From Hormiphora californensis (lineage: Eukaryota; Animalia; Ctenophora), in the NCBI GenBank assembly GCA_020137815.1, contig CM035353.1, positions 3,782,001 to 3,846,000 of the forward strand: a stretch of 64,000 bases of DNA, in the 5' to 3' direction. The notes beneath the pieces are model-generated. The model saw only the letters and a list, made by a program, of their open reading frames with translations. It did not search any database and had not been told where the DNA came from. The position numbers and the translations under genes were made by a program. This document shows positions 13,419 through 26,174 of the stretch, in pieces; position 1 is the first letter of the stretch, and every line of letters begins with the position of its first letter.

Positions 13419-16398
13419 TAGTAGGGTACCGCAGGGTCAGGCAGAGATTACAGCGCTATTTAGTCAAGTTTTATCAAGTTCTTTCTATATTTTCAATCTT
13501 AGAGATATCGGGAAATATATTATAAAGTTATGATAGATACAGATATGATTTACAGTATTTCTAAATAGTGTTATAGTTAGTTAGAGAGATTTTACGTTCA
13601 TTGATTTATGTTGCGATTGTGTTATATATATGATATATATTTGTATATTTCATACTACGATTATGTCATGTTTAATGCGTGAGCGTTGAATTGTACTGGA
13701 CATGCAGGGGACGTTTGGATGGGCTAAGGGGACCGAGGAAAATTGGTGAACGTGACACGCATTGTACGCTCACGCTAATAGTTGGGGAGATGACCTTTGC
13801 CATCTGCGCTGCATGTCCTCACCCACTATAACACCTTGGACTGACAGTGAACCCGTTTCAGTAATAGAGTCTGGTATTTCTCAAACTATCAATGTTTTCT
13901 CACCCTCGGTATTGCTCAGCCCACAAATCACCTATGACCGCGAGGCCCAGGAAATTAACGCCATGTAAGTAAAAACATCATATGGAAATAGACGACGTGG
14001 ATATCAGAACCGGTTACAGCGGAGACATCTCCAGCTGGACAGGACTCTTTCCGGGAATTCCAGCAGTGGAGGTCCCACGGGGAATAAGAGAACACACCAG
14101 GTAGACGATTGATCGGCCGGATAACCATGCCAATATGAAAGTTGCCTGGATCAAAAGATACGCTAGATTTTTGTGCTGATACGCAGTAGGGCGGCTCAAA
14201 GATAATAATAATAATAATATTCCGCGCTTATATACCGCCCATACCCGACGGAAACATGTCAAAATATTGGCGATGCTCCGCCTGGTCATCAGAGCGGTAT
14301 ATCCTCGAGTAAATATATGACACACACAAACACTCTGGTTGAAAAAGATTAAATTGGAGTTATAATTATACGATGCTCAAGGAGATTGTATGAGGTGCTA
14401 GGGCGCAAATGTTCAACATAGATCGGGACCTACAATAGGAGATCCAGCGATTACTGCAATGGCAGGAATAAACCTGGAAATAATCGTAGAGGAAGCCAGC
14501 CAATGAAGTACTAAACATATACTGAAACAGTTTAGTGTGAGAGTCGAACGGCTGAAGACGGGAACTACCCTTACAACCGTCACTAGGACTTTTGAACTTT
14601 GGAGGGGCGGTTGCGGGGGTGTGTGTGTGAGAGTCCTTATCATGCTGGTTGATCTATAATTAATAGTGCAGTGGGAAAGGAGAAATCCTTTCGGGACTCA
14701 CTATGTCATAGAGGAGCATGTTATGGATATATTACGTAGTGTTATTTAGTGTTAGTTATATTGGACGCCAGTGAGGCTAGGCATTATAAAAATACTGAAG
14801 AGGTTCCATGCAACTATAACGGGTGGAACTTCTATGAGGGAGTGTTCTTACCGCATCTCACTCTAACTAAACAGTTAGATCCCTCATACTTCCGGAATCG
14901 GGATACCAGTTCTGAATTTTACAATGCCTTGATTTATGATGAAGGAACTGATGTCTCGAACTGAACTTATGTTACAAATTGTCTAAGAACAGTTAGTGAT
15001 GATCTTGACGTTTCTGAAGACTTCTTCGGATTTTATGAAGTGAAGAATATCAAGGTGGAGACCATCGTATAGGTCCAGAAGGACTGTCTGATATACGGTG
15101 CCCAAGGAGATAGGCTGCGAGGGCACAAATTTCCGACACCTTGAATAGAAGATCCAGCTATTCCAGAAGATAACATACACATTTAAATAATAATAGAAGA
15201 AGAAAACATGAGCTGCCATAATTGGACATAATGGCAGAAAGAATAAACATACTTAGCAAATTACGGTTTAGTTTGGGAATGCTGCTGACACGGGAAGCCG
15301 CATATAGAGTACACACACTAAGCAATGCCATGGGAGGAGGTGGAAGTGGAAACGACCCCCTCATGGATGGCTAGAGAGGCAGAAAAAGGCCTAGCTGAAT
15401 TGTTCTATAGGAAGAGGGGCTGTTAGAAAACATACATGATAATCGGCACGGGAAGCGCATAAAAACCGTCCGACTGTAATAAGCGTAGGGGGCATTTACC
15501 CGGCATTCAGATCCGAGTAAAAAATGCTTCATAGGATTTGAGAAAGTTAGCCCGAACATCATGACAACATCAAGGGCTAACAAAGAAGTCACTAAAATTA
15601 TAGAAGACTATATCAACAATTCATCAACAGACTCGTTTTTAGAAGATATGTAATGAAGATATTGCTGATGGAGATTGATTTGTTCTAGATTTATTTAGTT
15701 ACATGTACTGTGTACGAGCTCCTAGAATAATACCCAAAGAGATTGGGAAAATCTTCAACACGAATCTGGCTGCAAAGTTCTATCCCAGCTGTGTCCCAGC
15801 AAACCTTATGGACAGAAATCGATTATAGGGCCACCGTTTCCTGCCCGTTGGCTAACCCTGGCGTGCTGTATAGTATATCTTTTTAGGTCCTCAATTTGCT
15901 CCTGCTGGGACATGGGTGCCGAACCACCCAGGTGTTCCAGCAAACCTGATGAAAATAATGAAAATAGGTCCTTCGCACTGGGAATGACGTGTTCACGTCA
16001 TTCCCAGTGCGGAACAGCCTTTAATAAGAAGGAACTATTTATAATTCTGAATAGGTTATCTTTATAAGCGGATATATATATTCATTATTCAGTTGCAGTT
16101 ACTAATTGTTGTACCCCGTTGTTGAATTTTTACTCAAAACAACTCTCGATTGGATAAGGCGATTGGAATTACAGTTTAAAATGGCCACAATTTAGGTAAG
16201 AATTAACGAAGCGAACATATGTTACGAAATAACTTGCTTCGTGATGAGTGATGACGATCCCCTTCCAGCCATCGACATTACATTACATACAGTACTGCAC
16301 TCGATAAGTTTGCACGGAAGGACGTGTTAACTAGGCAGAATTAGAAGAGAAGAACATATTATAGGAATCAATCATTACAATTTGAAATACTTTCTAGG

Positions 16399-16853
16399 AC
16401 AGGTTACTGTAATTTGGTCGATGGAATGTGGAAGTTTTCAGTTCCGACTGAAAATCTGCTGAAGAAAAAGGTTTTAGACCCACTATTTCATGCCAGATGG
16501 CTTACAACAGGTGCATGCACGACTCATGCGGGGAGACTGAAATATGCGGAGTCAGGGCTGATACATGAGGACGTAGTGGCACACACTGTATTGCGGGCAT
16601 ATTTCAGTCTCCCGGATACTGATCCCCTATACCATGACGTCAGGAAAGTGGCCCAATCTGTCGAATCCATTTCCCGATCCACATGAAGATCAAAAAGGAG
16701 TGTAGATTTGAGGACGGACCTACACACCTTTTAACTACTATACGGGAAGCCATGTTCCTGACAAACGATCAAAAAGAACTGACCACCTCAGCGTTGGTGA
16801 ACAATTATCCTTGGTTTGCCTGCCCTGACAATGTTCTGATTGGGAGGCTGGGT
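16399..16853 (+). pseudogene. Decayed hAT-superfamily (hATm-like) transposase fragment
   Basis: PLFHARWLTTG motif and, after frameshifts, LVNNYPWFACPDNVL; these match the HxRWLT and [WY]FAHPEN motifs I recall for this transposase group. Confidence 0.5.
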
Positions 16854-19189
16854 AATTTATAATTCAATTTTTCATAACTTTAACTAATTTCTAGGATTAA
16901 TAACTAATAATTCGATCTAGGTCCTTTGAAAACGTGTGAGCACACTGCACCAACGATTAGTTATTTTCATTGGAAGAAGTTTGACAAATCCATTTGCTAT
17001 CTGCTATCGAGTACCCTTGCAAACCAGCAGATCAGTATAATAACATGACTACCTCTTATCCCTTTGACGGCGAGAAGGATTGGCTCGATAGAATTGTCTA
17101 ATTTTTCGTTTATAAGTAGATGTTATCAACACAAAACGCCTCGAAAAGGAAATTTGTAATTCCGACATGTAGTTTTTGCTGGGCCCACTGTAGCATATAT
17201 GATACTATCGCCCGTAAGGGAATTCTAGTAACAAATCTAAATTGTACAAGTTTGTGGGTGTTATGGCATAAATTCATGCTTTCATGAGGTTTGTAGCTAC
17301 AAGCTCTACATTCGTGAACGGTTTTTACCGGGAAAAGAACCCAAATTAGAGATTTGTATCATATATGATACTATCGTCCAAAGGGTAAATTCTCCTAAAA
17401 CATACATAATTCGGGCTAGAAAAGGAGCTAAGAGACAAATGGGGGCACTAAAATGTGTAGAATCATCGCATTAGTGGGGGTAGAGCACATATTTAGGTCG
17501 CTATCTGGACCCCTAATTGAGATAATTGCATAATTAGATAATTATCTGTCCCGCGCATGCTAATTATTAATGAAACTTTGCTCTGGGAAGGAGTTATGAG
17601 ACAAATGGGGGCACTAAAATGTGTAGAATCATTACATTAGTGGGGGTAGAGCACATATTTAGGTCGCTATCTGGATCCATAATTGAGATAATTGGATAAT
17701 TAGCTAATTAGTTGCCCTGGAGCGCTAATAAATGAGACTTTGTGGAGTATCCAAGACAAGTGAGGGCACTAAAATGTGTAAAATCATCGCCTTAGCGGGG
17801 GTAGAGCACTTAGCTGAGTTTCTATTCCCACTCCTAATTGAGATAATTGGATAATTAGCTAATTGACGGTTGCACACCGTCCACTTTTCACCAAATCCCG
17901 TGGTTTCTAGGTAATCCTGAGCTCTTTTGTTCAATCTAAGGATCTTCTGACATCCCCTAATATCCCTAAACCCCTATAACCGTGTGTCCAAACAATAAAT
18001 ATGGGAAACTGTAGTACATTAGAGGTTGAACGTGTTGTAGGAGCAATAGGATATAAAAGTTCTATAGGATTGTGGTTGGATCTTGGATGTATGAGAGGTC
18101 TAGGATGGAGCAAGAGGGTTCTAAAGAGCTGAAGGCAGTGTCTAGGGTTGTATCGAGTGCTATACTATTGTGTAAAACGAGTCATAGGTGATACAAATGG
18201 GGTTAGGGGTTGTCAGAAGATCCTTAGATTGAACAAAAGAGCTCAGGATTACCTAGAAACCACGGGATTTGGTGAAAAGTGGACGGTGTGCAACCGTCAA
18301 TTAGCTAATTATCCAATTATCTCAATTAGGAGTGGGAATAGAAACTCAGCTAAGTGCTCTACCCCCGCTAAGGCGATGATTTTACACATTTTAGTGCCCT
18401 CACTTGTCTCATAACTCCTTCCCAGAGCAAAGTTTCATGAATAATTAGTATGCGCGGGACAGATAATTAGCTAATTATCCAATTATCTCAATTAGGGATC
18501 CAGATAGCGACCTAAATATGTGCTCTACCCCCACTAATGCGATGATTCTACACATTTTAGTGCCCCCATTTGTCTCTTAGCTCCTTTTCTAGCCCGAATT
18601 ATGTATGTTTTAGGAGAATTTACCCTTAGGACGATAGTATCATATATGATACAAATCTCTAATTTGGGTTCTTTTCCTGGTAAAAACCGTTCACGATTGT
18701 AGAACTTGTAGCTACATACCACATGAAAGCATAAATTTATGCCATAGCACCCACAAACTTGTACAATTTAGATTTGTTACTAGAATTCCCTTACGGGCGA
18801 TAGTATCATATATGATACGGCGCCTTAAATGTTAACCCTTTGACGGCGACAGAGCATATATGCTACAGTTTATTCTAGGCGGCCTGGAAGTCCTTATGTT
18901 TTATCTAGGTGGCCCATATTTTGTCACAAGCTAGTTTTAGGGATTATGAACCTAAAACCACGTCCAGATCAGCTCAGAAAATCAAGAAAAAATTTTATAG
19001 CCCTTCTAAGGAGGCTAATTTCGGCCTTTTTTTAAAAACATTTCTCATTTTTTTGTTTTTTGGGGGCACAACTAATCCTTTGAAGGAATAAAAGTGCTCG
19101 TCATAACCGACCGAATGCAAAAAGCCGCATCAAAAAATATTGAAAATTGAATGAGTTATTAACATTTAAGGCGCCGTATCATATATGAT

Positions 19190-20042
19190 CAGTAAACATA
19201 CACACACATTGAGCAGGCTCAATTTAGCTAATCACTGGCGGGGTATGGGGCTGAGGCACTGGCAAGATATAGTGGGATCGCTACTTCCCACATCTCATGT
19301 GTATTCTGAATTGCAAATTTAAAAGGGTTGGGTGGTCTCTGGGACCGTCTAGACTTCGCTCCCTGTTAACATGCCAGAAACCAGGGGTCCATCTAGCTCT
19401 CATACGCATTCGGCCATTACTTTCCCAACCAGTAGTACTGGATTTCACATCCTCTTATACTCGCAATTCAGGATAGAAACAATCCTTGTGTTCTAATAGC
19501 GATCACCTCGTATATCTTGCACTGACCCGTACTACCACACATTTAGTGTGCTTGAAATGGCACTACGGGAATATCTCCACTACACGGCCAGCACTGTGGG
19601 TAGACAGCCACCATTCAAGTTCCATCACGGTTGCTAACCGGACAATACATTAGTAGAGGGGGTTGGAACACCAGGAGGAAGATCAGTAAACATACACACA
19701 CATTGAGCAGGCTCAATTTAGCTAATCACTGGCGGGGTATGGGGCTGAGGCACTGGCAAGATATAGTGGGATCGCTACTTCCCACATCTCATGTGTATTC
19801 TGAATTGCAAATTTAAAAGGGTTGGGTGGTCTCTGGGACCGTCTAGACTTCGCTCCCTGTTAACATGCCAGAAACCAGGGGTCCATCTAGCTCTCATACG
19901 CATTCGGCCATTACTTTCCCAACCAGTAGTACTGGATTTCACATCCTCTTATACTCGCAATTCAGGATAGAAACAATCCTTGTGTTCTAATAGCGATCAC
20001 CTCGTATATCTTGCACTGACCCGTACTACCACACATTTAGTG
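19190..20042 (-). repeat. Inverted segment (~1.7 units) of the 494-bp array
   Basis: Reverse complement of the main unit; the same 61-aa ORF appears on the + strand here; junction shares TG at 20041-20042. Confidence 0.95.
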
Positions 20043-23000
20043 GTGTTCCAACCCCCTCTACTAATGTATTGTCCGGTTAGCAACCGTGATGGAACTTGAA
20101 TGGTGGCTGTCTACCCACAGTGCTGGCCGTGTAGTGGAGATATTCCCGTAGTGCCATTTCAAGCACACTAAATGTGTGGTAGTACGGGTCAGTGCAAGAT
20201 ATACGAGGTGATCGCTATTAGAACACAAGGATTGTTTCTATCCTGAATTGCGAGTATAAGAGGATGTGAAATCCAGTACTACTGGTTGGGAAAGTAATGG
20301 CCGAATGCGTATGAGAGCTAGATGGACCCCTGGTTTCTGGCATGTTAACAGGGAGCGAAGTCTAGACGGTCCCAGAGACCACCCAACCCTTTTAAATTTG
20401 CAATTCAGAATACACATGAGATGTGGGAAGTAGCGATCCCACTATATCTTGCCAGTGCCTCAGCCCCATACCCCGCCAGTGATTAGCTAAATTGAGCCTG
20501 CTCAATGTGTGTGTATGTTTACTGATCTTCCTCCTGGTGTTCCAACCCCCTCTACTAATGTATTGTCCGGTTAGCAACCGTGATGGAACTTGAATGGTGG
20601 CTGTCTACCCACAGTGCTGGCCGTGTAGTGGAGATATTCCCGTAGTGCCATTTCAAGCACACTAAATGTGTGGTAGTACGGGTCAGTGCAAGATATACGA
20701 GGTGATCGCTATTAGAACACAAGGATTGTTTCTATCCTGAATTGCGAGTATAAGAGGATGTGAAATCCAGTACTACTGGTTGGGAAAGTAATGGCCGAAT
20801 GCGTATGAGAGCTAGATGGACCCCTGGTTTCTGGCATGTTAACAGGGAGCGAAGTCTAGACGGTCCCAGAGACCACCCAACCCTTTTAAATTTGCAATTC
20901 AGAATACACATGAGATGTGGGAAGTAGCGATCCCACTATATCTTGCCAGTGCCTCAGCCCCATACCCCGCCAGTGATTAGCTAAATTGAGCCTGCTCAAT
21001 GTGTGTGTATGTTTACTGATCTTCCTCCTGGTGTTCCAACCCCCTCTACTAATGTATTGTCCGGTTAGCAACCGTGATGGAACTTGAATGGTGGCTGTCT
21101 ACCCACAGTGCTGGCCGTGTAGTGGAGATATTCCCGTAGTGCCATTTCAAGCACACTAAATGTGTGGTAGTACGGGTCAGTGCAAGATATACGAGGTGAT
21201 CGCTATTAGAACACAAGGATTGTTTCTATCCTGAATTGCGAGTATAAGAGGATGTGAAATCCAGTACTACTGGTTGGGAAAGTAATGGCCGAATGCGTAT
21301 GAGAGCTAGATGGACCCCTGGTTTCTGGCATGTTAACAGGGAGCGAAGTCTAGACGGTCCCAGAGACCACCCAACCCTTTTAAATTTGCAATTCAGAATA
21401 CACATGAGATGTGGGAAGTAGCGATCCCACTATATCTTGCCAGTGCCTCAGCCCCATACCCCGCCAGTGATTAGCTAAATTGAGCCTGCTCAATGTGTGT
21501 GTATGTTTACTGATCTTCCTCCTGGTGTTCCAACCCCCTCTACTAATGTATTGTCCGGTTAGCAACCGTGATGGAACTTGAATGGTGGCTGTCTACCCAC
21601 AGTGCTGGCCGTGTAGTGGAGATATTCCCGTAGTGCCATTTCAAGCACACTAAATGTGTGGTAGTACGGGTCAGTGCAAGATATACGAGGTGATCGCTAT
21701 TAGAACACAAGGATTGTTTCTATCCTGAATTGCGAGTATAAGAGGATGTGAAATCCAGTACTACTGGTTGGGAAAGTAATGGCCGAATGCGTATGAGAGC
21801 TAGATGGACCCCTGGTTTCTGGCATGTTAACAGGGAGCGAAGTCTAGACGGTCCCAGAGACCACCCAACCCTTTTAAATTTGCAATTCAGAATACACATG
21901 AGATGTGGGAAGTAGCGATCCCACTATATCTTGCCAGTGCCTCAGCCCCATACCCCGCCAGTGATTAGCTAAATTGAGCCTGCTCAATGTGTGTGTATGT
22001 TTACTGATCTTCCTCCTGGTGTTCCAACCCCCTCTACTAATGTATTGTCCGGTTAGCAACCGTGATGGAACTTGAATGGTGGCTGTCTACCCACAGTGCT
22101 GGCCGTGTAGTGGAGATATTCCCGTAGTGCCATTTCAAGCACACTAAATGTGTGGTAGTACGGGTCAGTGCAAGATATACGAGGTGATCGCTATTAGAAC
22201 ACAAGGATTGTTTCTATCCTGAATTGCGAGTATAAGAGGATGTGAAATCCAGTACTACTGGTTGGGAAAGTAATGGCCGAATGCGTATGAGAGCTAGATG
22301 GACCCCTGGTTTCTGGCATGTTAACAGGGAGCGAAGTCTAGACGGTCCCAGAGACCACCCAACCCTTTTAAATTTGCAATTCAGAATACACATGAGATGT
22401 GGGAAGTAGCGATCCCACTATATCTTGCCAGTGCCTCAGCCCCATACCCCGCCAGTGATTAGCTAAATTGAGCCTGCTCAATGTGTGTGTATGTTTACTG
22501 ATCTTCCTCCTGGTGTTCCAACCCCCTCTACTAATGTATTGTCCGGTTAGCAACCGTGATGGAACTTGAATGGTGGCTGTCTACCCACAGTGCTGGCCGT
22601 GTAGTGGAGATATTCCCGTAGTGCCATTTCAAGCACACTAAATGTGTGGTAGTACGGGTCAGTGCAAGATATACGAGGTGATCGCTATTAGAACACAAGG
22701 ATTGTTTCTATCCTGAATTGCGAGTATAAGAGGATGTGAAATCCAGTACTACTGGTTGGGAAAGTAATGGCCGAATGCGTATGAGAGCTAGATGGACCCC
22801 TGGTTTCTGGCATGTTAACAGGGAGCGAAGTCTAGACGGTCCCAGAGACCACCCAACCCTTTTAAATTTGCAATTCAGAATACACATGAGATGTGGGAAG
22901 TAGCGATCCCACTATATCTTGCCAGTGCCTCAGCCCCATACCCCGCCAGTGATTAGCTAAATTGAGCCTGCTCAATGTGTGTGTATGTTTACTGATCTTC

Positions 23001-23708
23001 CTCCTGGTGTTCCAACCCCCTCTACTAATGTATTGTCCGGTTAGCAACCGTGATGGAACTTGAATGGTGGCTGTCTACCCACAGTGCTGGCCGTGTAGTG
23101 GAGATATTCCCGTAGTGCCATTTCAAGCACACTAAATGTGTGGTAGTACGGGTCAGTGCAAGATATACGAGGTGATCGCTATTAGAACACAAGGATTGTT
23201 TCTATCCTGAATTGCGAGTATAAGAGGATGTGAAATCCAGTACTACTGGTTGGGAAAGTAATGGCCGAATGCGTATGAGAGCTAGATGGACCCCTGGTTT
23301 CTGGCATGTTAACAGGGAGCGAAGTCTAGACGGTCCCAGAGACCACCCAACCCTTTTAAATTTGCAATTCAGAATACACATGAGATGTGGGAAGTAGCGA
23401 TCCCACTATATCTTGCCAGTGCCTCAGCCCCATACCCCGCCAGTGATTAGCTAAATTGAGCCTGCTCAATGTGTGTGTATGTTTACTGATCTTCCTCCTG
23501 GTGTTCCAACCCCCTCTACTAATGTATTGTCCGGTTAGCAACCGTGATGGAACTTGAATGGTGGCTGTCTACCCACAGTGCTGGCCGTGTAGTGGAGATA
23601 TTCCCGTAGTGCCATTTCAAGCACACTAAATGTGTGGTAGTACGGGTCAGTGCAAGATATACGAGGTGATCGCTATTAGAACACAAGGATTGTTTCTATC
23701 CTGAATTG
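20041..23708 (+). repeat. 494-bp tandem array, ~7.4 apparently identical units
   Basis: ORF track recurs every 494 bp (20392, 20886...23356) with identical translation. Confidence 0.98.
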
Positions 23709-26174
23709 GTTAAGAGGATGAAATCCGTACTCACTGCTTGGGAATATGCACTGAAAGCTTGCGTATGGAAGATGGACCCATGGTGCTTCTGCCAGTTAAC
23801 AGGGGTGAATTCAGCGTCCCAGACCCCCAACCCTTTGATTTGCAATTCAGAATGACACTGAATGTGGGAAGTACGATAACACCTTATCTTGCCAGTAGCT
23901 ACCCATACCCCGCATGCTGATAGCTAAATTGAGCCTGCTATAGTGTGATGTTTCTGATTCCTACCGGTGTTCAACCCCACTACTAATGTATGTCCGGTAG
24001 CAACCGGATGGAACTTGATGGGGGTTGTCTACCCAGGCCAAAAACTTGGCTTAATAAGTTCATCGTCGAGTAGCCCATTAAATGATTGTGTCCGATCATT
24101 TTTTTCCATCAGTGTATTTGGGTTGGGCACTTTTGTTTACGGTGCAAAAATTTCCTAAATGTTGCACAATTGGTAAGACTTCTTGTTCTGATACGCATTA
24201 GTGGAATACTTTGATTAAGTGACGATTACGGTTACTCCCGATGGTTTAAGAGATGTAAGGGCAACGTCCAGTGGAGCCCACCCTTTTATTAAAGATGATT
24301 GGAGTCATTTCTTTCCCCCCATAAGGTGGTCCTTGGTTTATGTGGTGACCACTCCTGTTGGTAACCTGTTTCATTTAGAGTCAAGTTGGAGACACTACTT
24401 TAAAATTCTAAGCTAAGCCACTTGGTGATTAATAGTCTAATTGGGTTTTAAAACCCTTTTTAAACGACTATGGACCTTTTTTGGTAATAGCAAAGCTATG
24501 GACCCTTGCATTTTCCCGGTATCCTTAAATCTCATGTTCTCTGTGGTTAGAAGTTATCCTTAATGTCTTTCCATCCGGGTTAATGTAATGTTTCTATTGG
24601 GTCCAAAACCCTGGTGTTGGTCTCCGGTGCTATAAGCACCCATCCGGGGAAACAGATTTAATAGTTTATATCTCGGAAGTACCCCATTAATGCTAAGTTT
24701 AACCCGTGAAACTTTGAAATGCCAATCTGAGTTAGCTTTTCCCTTATGCGTTAAATTTTCAATGCCTCAATAAGTGGGTCGTTTTGGGGGCTCTGTTCTA
24801 CCCATAATTTATACCATTTGGTTATAATTTGGGTTTAACACGATTTTAGCCTGATGGGTAGGGTGATGAAGGTGGGACGAACGAATTTAACTGTTGGAAT
24901 AAGGGGAAGTCGTAGTCAGGTCCATACAATTTATACAGGATAGACATAGAATTGACTCTGGCAACCCTGTGGATTAGCCGCCACGATTAGTTACCCGTGT
25001 GGTAATTCTCTGCATTGACTTAAATGTGTATCGGGTCAACTGAGTGAGTGTCGCTTTGAAAGTTGTGCCTATCTGTGCGATAAAGTGATCCGATGTTGGG
25101 ATTAATGGGATTAAGAAAGTGTGCCGATCGGCATAGATGCGAGTCTGGTTCAAGCACCTACCTTGGAGTTGGACAGTCATGATTGGGATAACCCAACATG
25201 GTTGCGCCTTTCCAATATGCATGAGGAATGACCGTCAATTATTCTATATCCATAGATCCAATAGCTTCATGTGTCCGTTATCTCGTGATGGCTTGAGGTG
25301 CCGCATCTTTGGCAGTGGGCGTATCGTGTGCCTTTAGCCCTTAGTTGAACCTGTCAATGGTATACGGTGAGTTAGATTAAGGATGTCTATCTATTTGGGT
25401 ATGAGAGGATGTGAAATTAGTCCTACTGGTGGGTATGCTAATCGATGTTTTGGATATGGACCGGTTTTGGGTGAACGGGAGCGAAGTTGGAGGTAAGCCA
25501 CCACCGTTTAAATTGCACTTGATACGTGAGTGTGGGAACGTTCTCCGTATACTGCGTTCTCGCCCATCCCCCCTGTTAGAATGAGCCTACTCATGAGTTG
25601 GTATGTAGTATTTCCTCTGGGTTCTACCCTTGAAAAGCTATTGCGTTGACCTATGAACTTGTGGGCTGTCTTCCCAGTGCTGCCGTGCTAGTAGATTTCC
25701 CGTAGCCATTTCAGCACATAATGGTGTACTAGGGTTGAAATCGATATGGTAGTCCTTCAATCCATAATGTAGATGTGATCGTATAGGTGAAATCAGTGAT
25801 GTTTAATATTGCCGAGGTTACCAATTGGTGGATGGTATTGGATGAACTATGGAAGCCGATCTAAGATAACGACCCTTTAAATTGATCAATACGAGATGTG
25901 GGAATAGCGATCCCACATTTTGGCGTGGTCAGCCCCTCACTGGTTAGCTAAATTAGCTCTAATTGTTTGATGTTACTGTCTGTCGGTTAATGGTCTCATG
26001 TGGTTGATGATCTCCTCATTGCCCCTTCAAGTTGTTGGTGGGTTAGTGAGTATTCCCGGCCGTTACGATAAGTTGTAGTCGTTGGCAAGAATGGGTGGAT
26101 GTAGTGCCAAGATTGTTTTGGCTTGCATAAAGGATGGTTTATAATCAGTCACTGTTGAGTAAGGGAATAATCGA
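23709..26174 (+). repeat. Heavily degenerate core of the array (~5 unit lengths), possibly unpolished long-read sequence
   Basis: Indel-riddled unit remnants at ~23709-24030, ~25390-25730 and ~25870-25980; phase shift across it is 6x494 minus 69 bp. Confidence 0.75.

Noticed and set aside
13700-15650. Fragmentary ORFs as a polinton/viral or host gene
   Set aside because: Short frames with many stops and no diagnostic motif seen
20273-20285. CRESS-DNA rolling-circle origin (CAGTACTAC, one mismatch from CAGTATTAC)
   Set aside because: The nonamer lies largely in the stem rather than the loop and there is no Rep ORF
20041-20534. Canonical hammerhead, twister, HDV-like or hairpin ribozyme in the unit
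   Set aside because: No CTGANGA on either strand; partial look-alikes (TAAC...CGGTCCCAG, TTCCCGT, GAAA plus hairpin) lack the required partner pairings by eye; a covariance-model search is still needed
20041-20534. Group I intron, RNase P, 5S rRNA, snRNA or spliced-leader repeat
   Set aside because: AATTGCGAG, CAGAGACCA and AAGATATAGT resemble P/R/S elements but lie on different strands and cannot form P7; no 5S, Sm-site/leader or RNase P P4 match recognised
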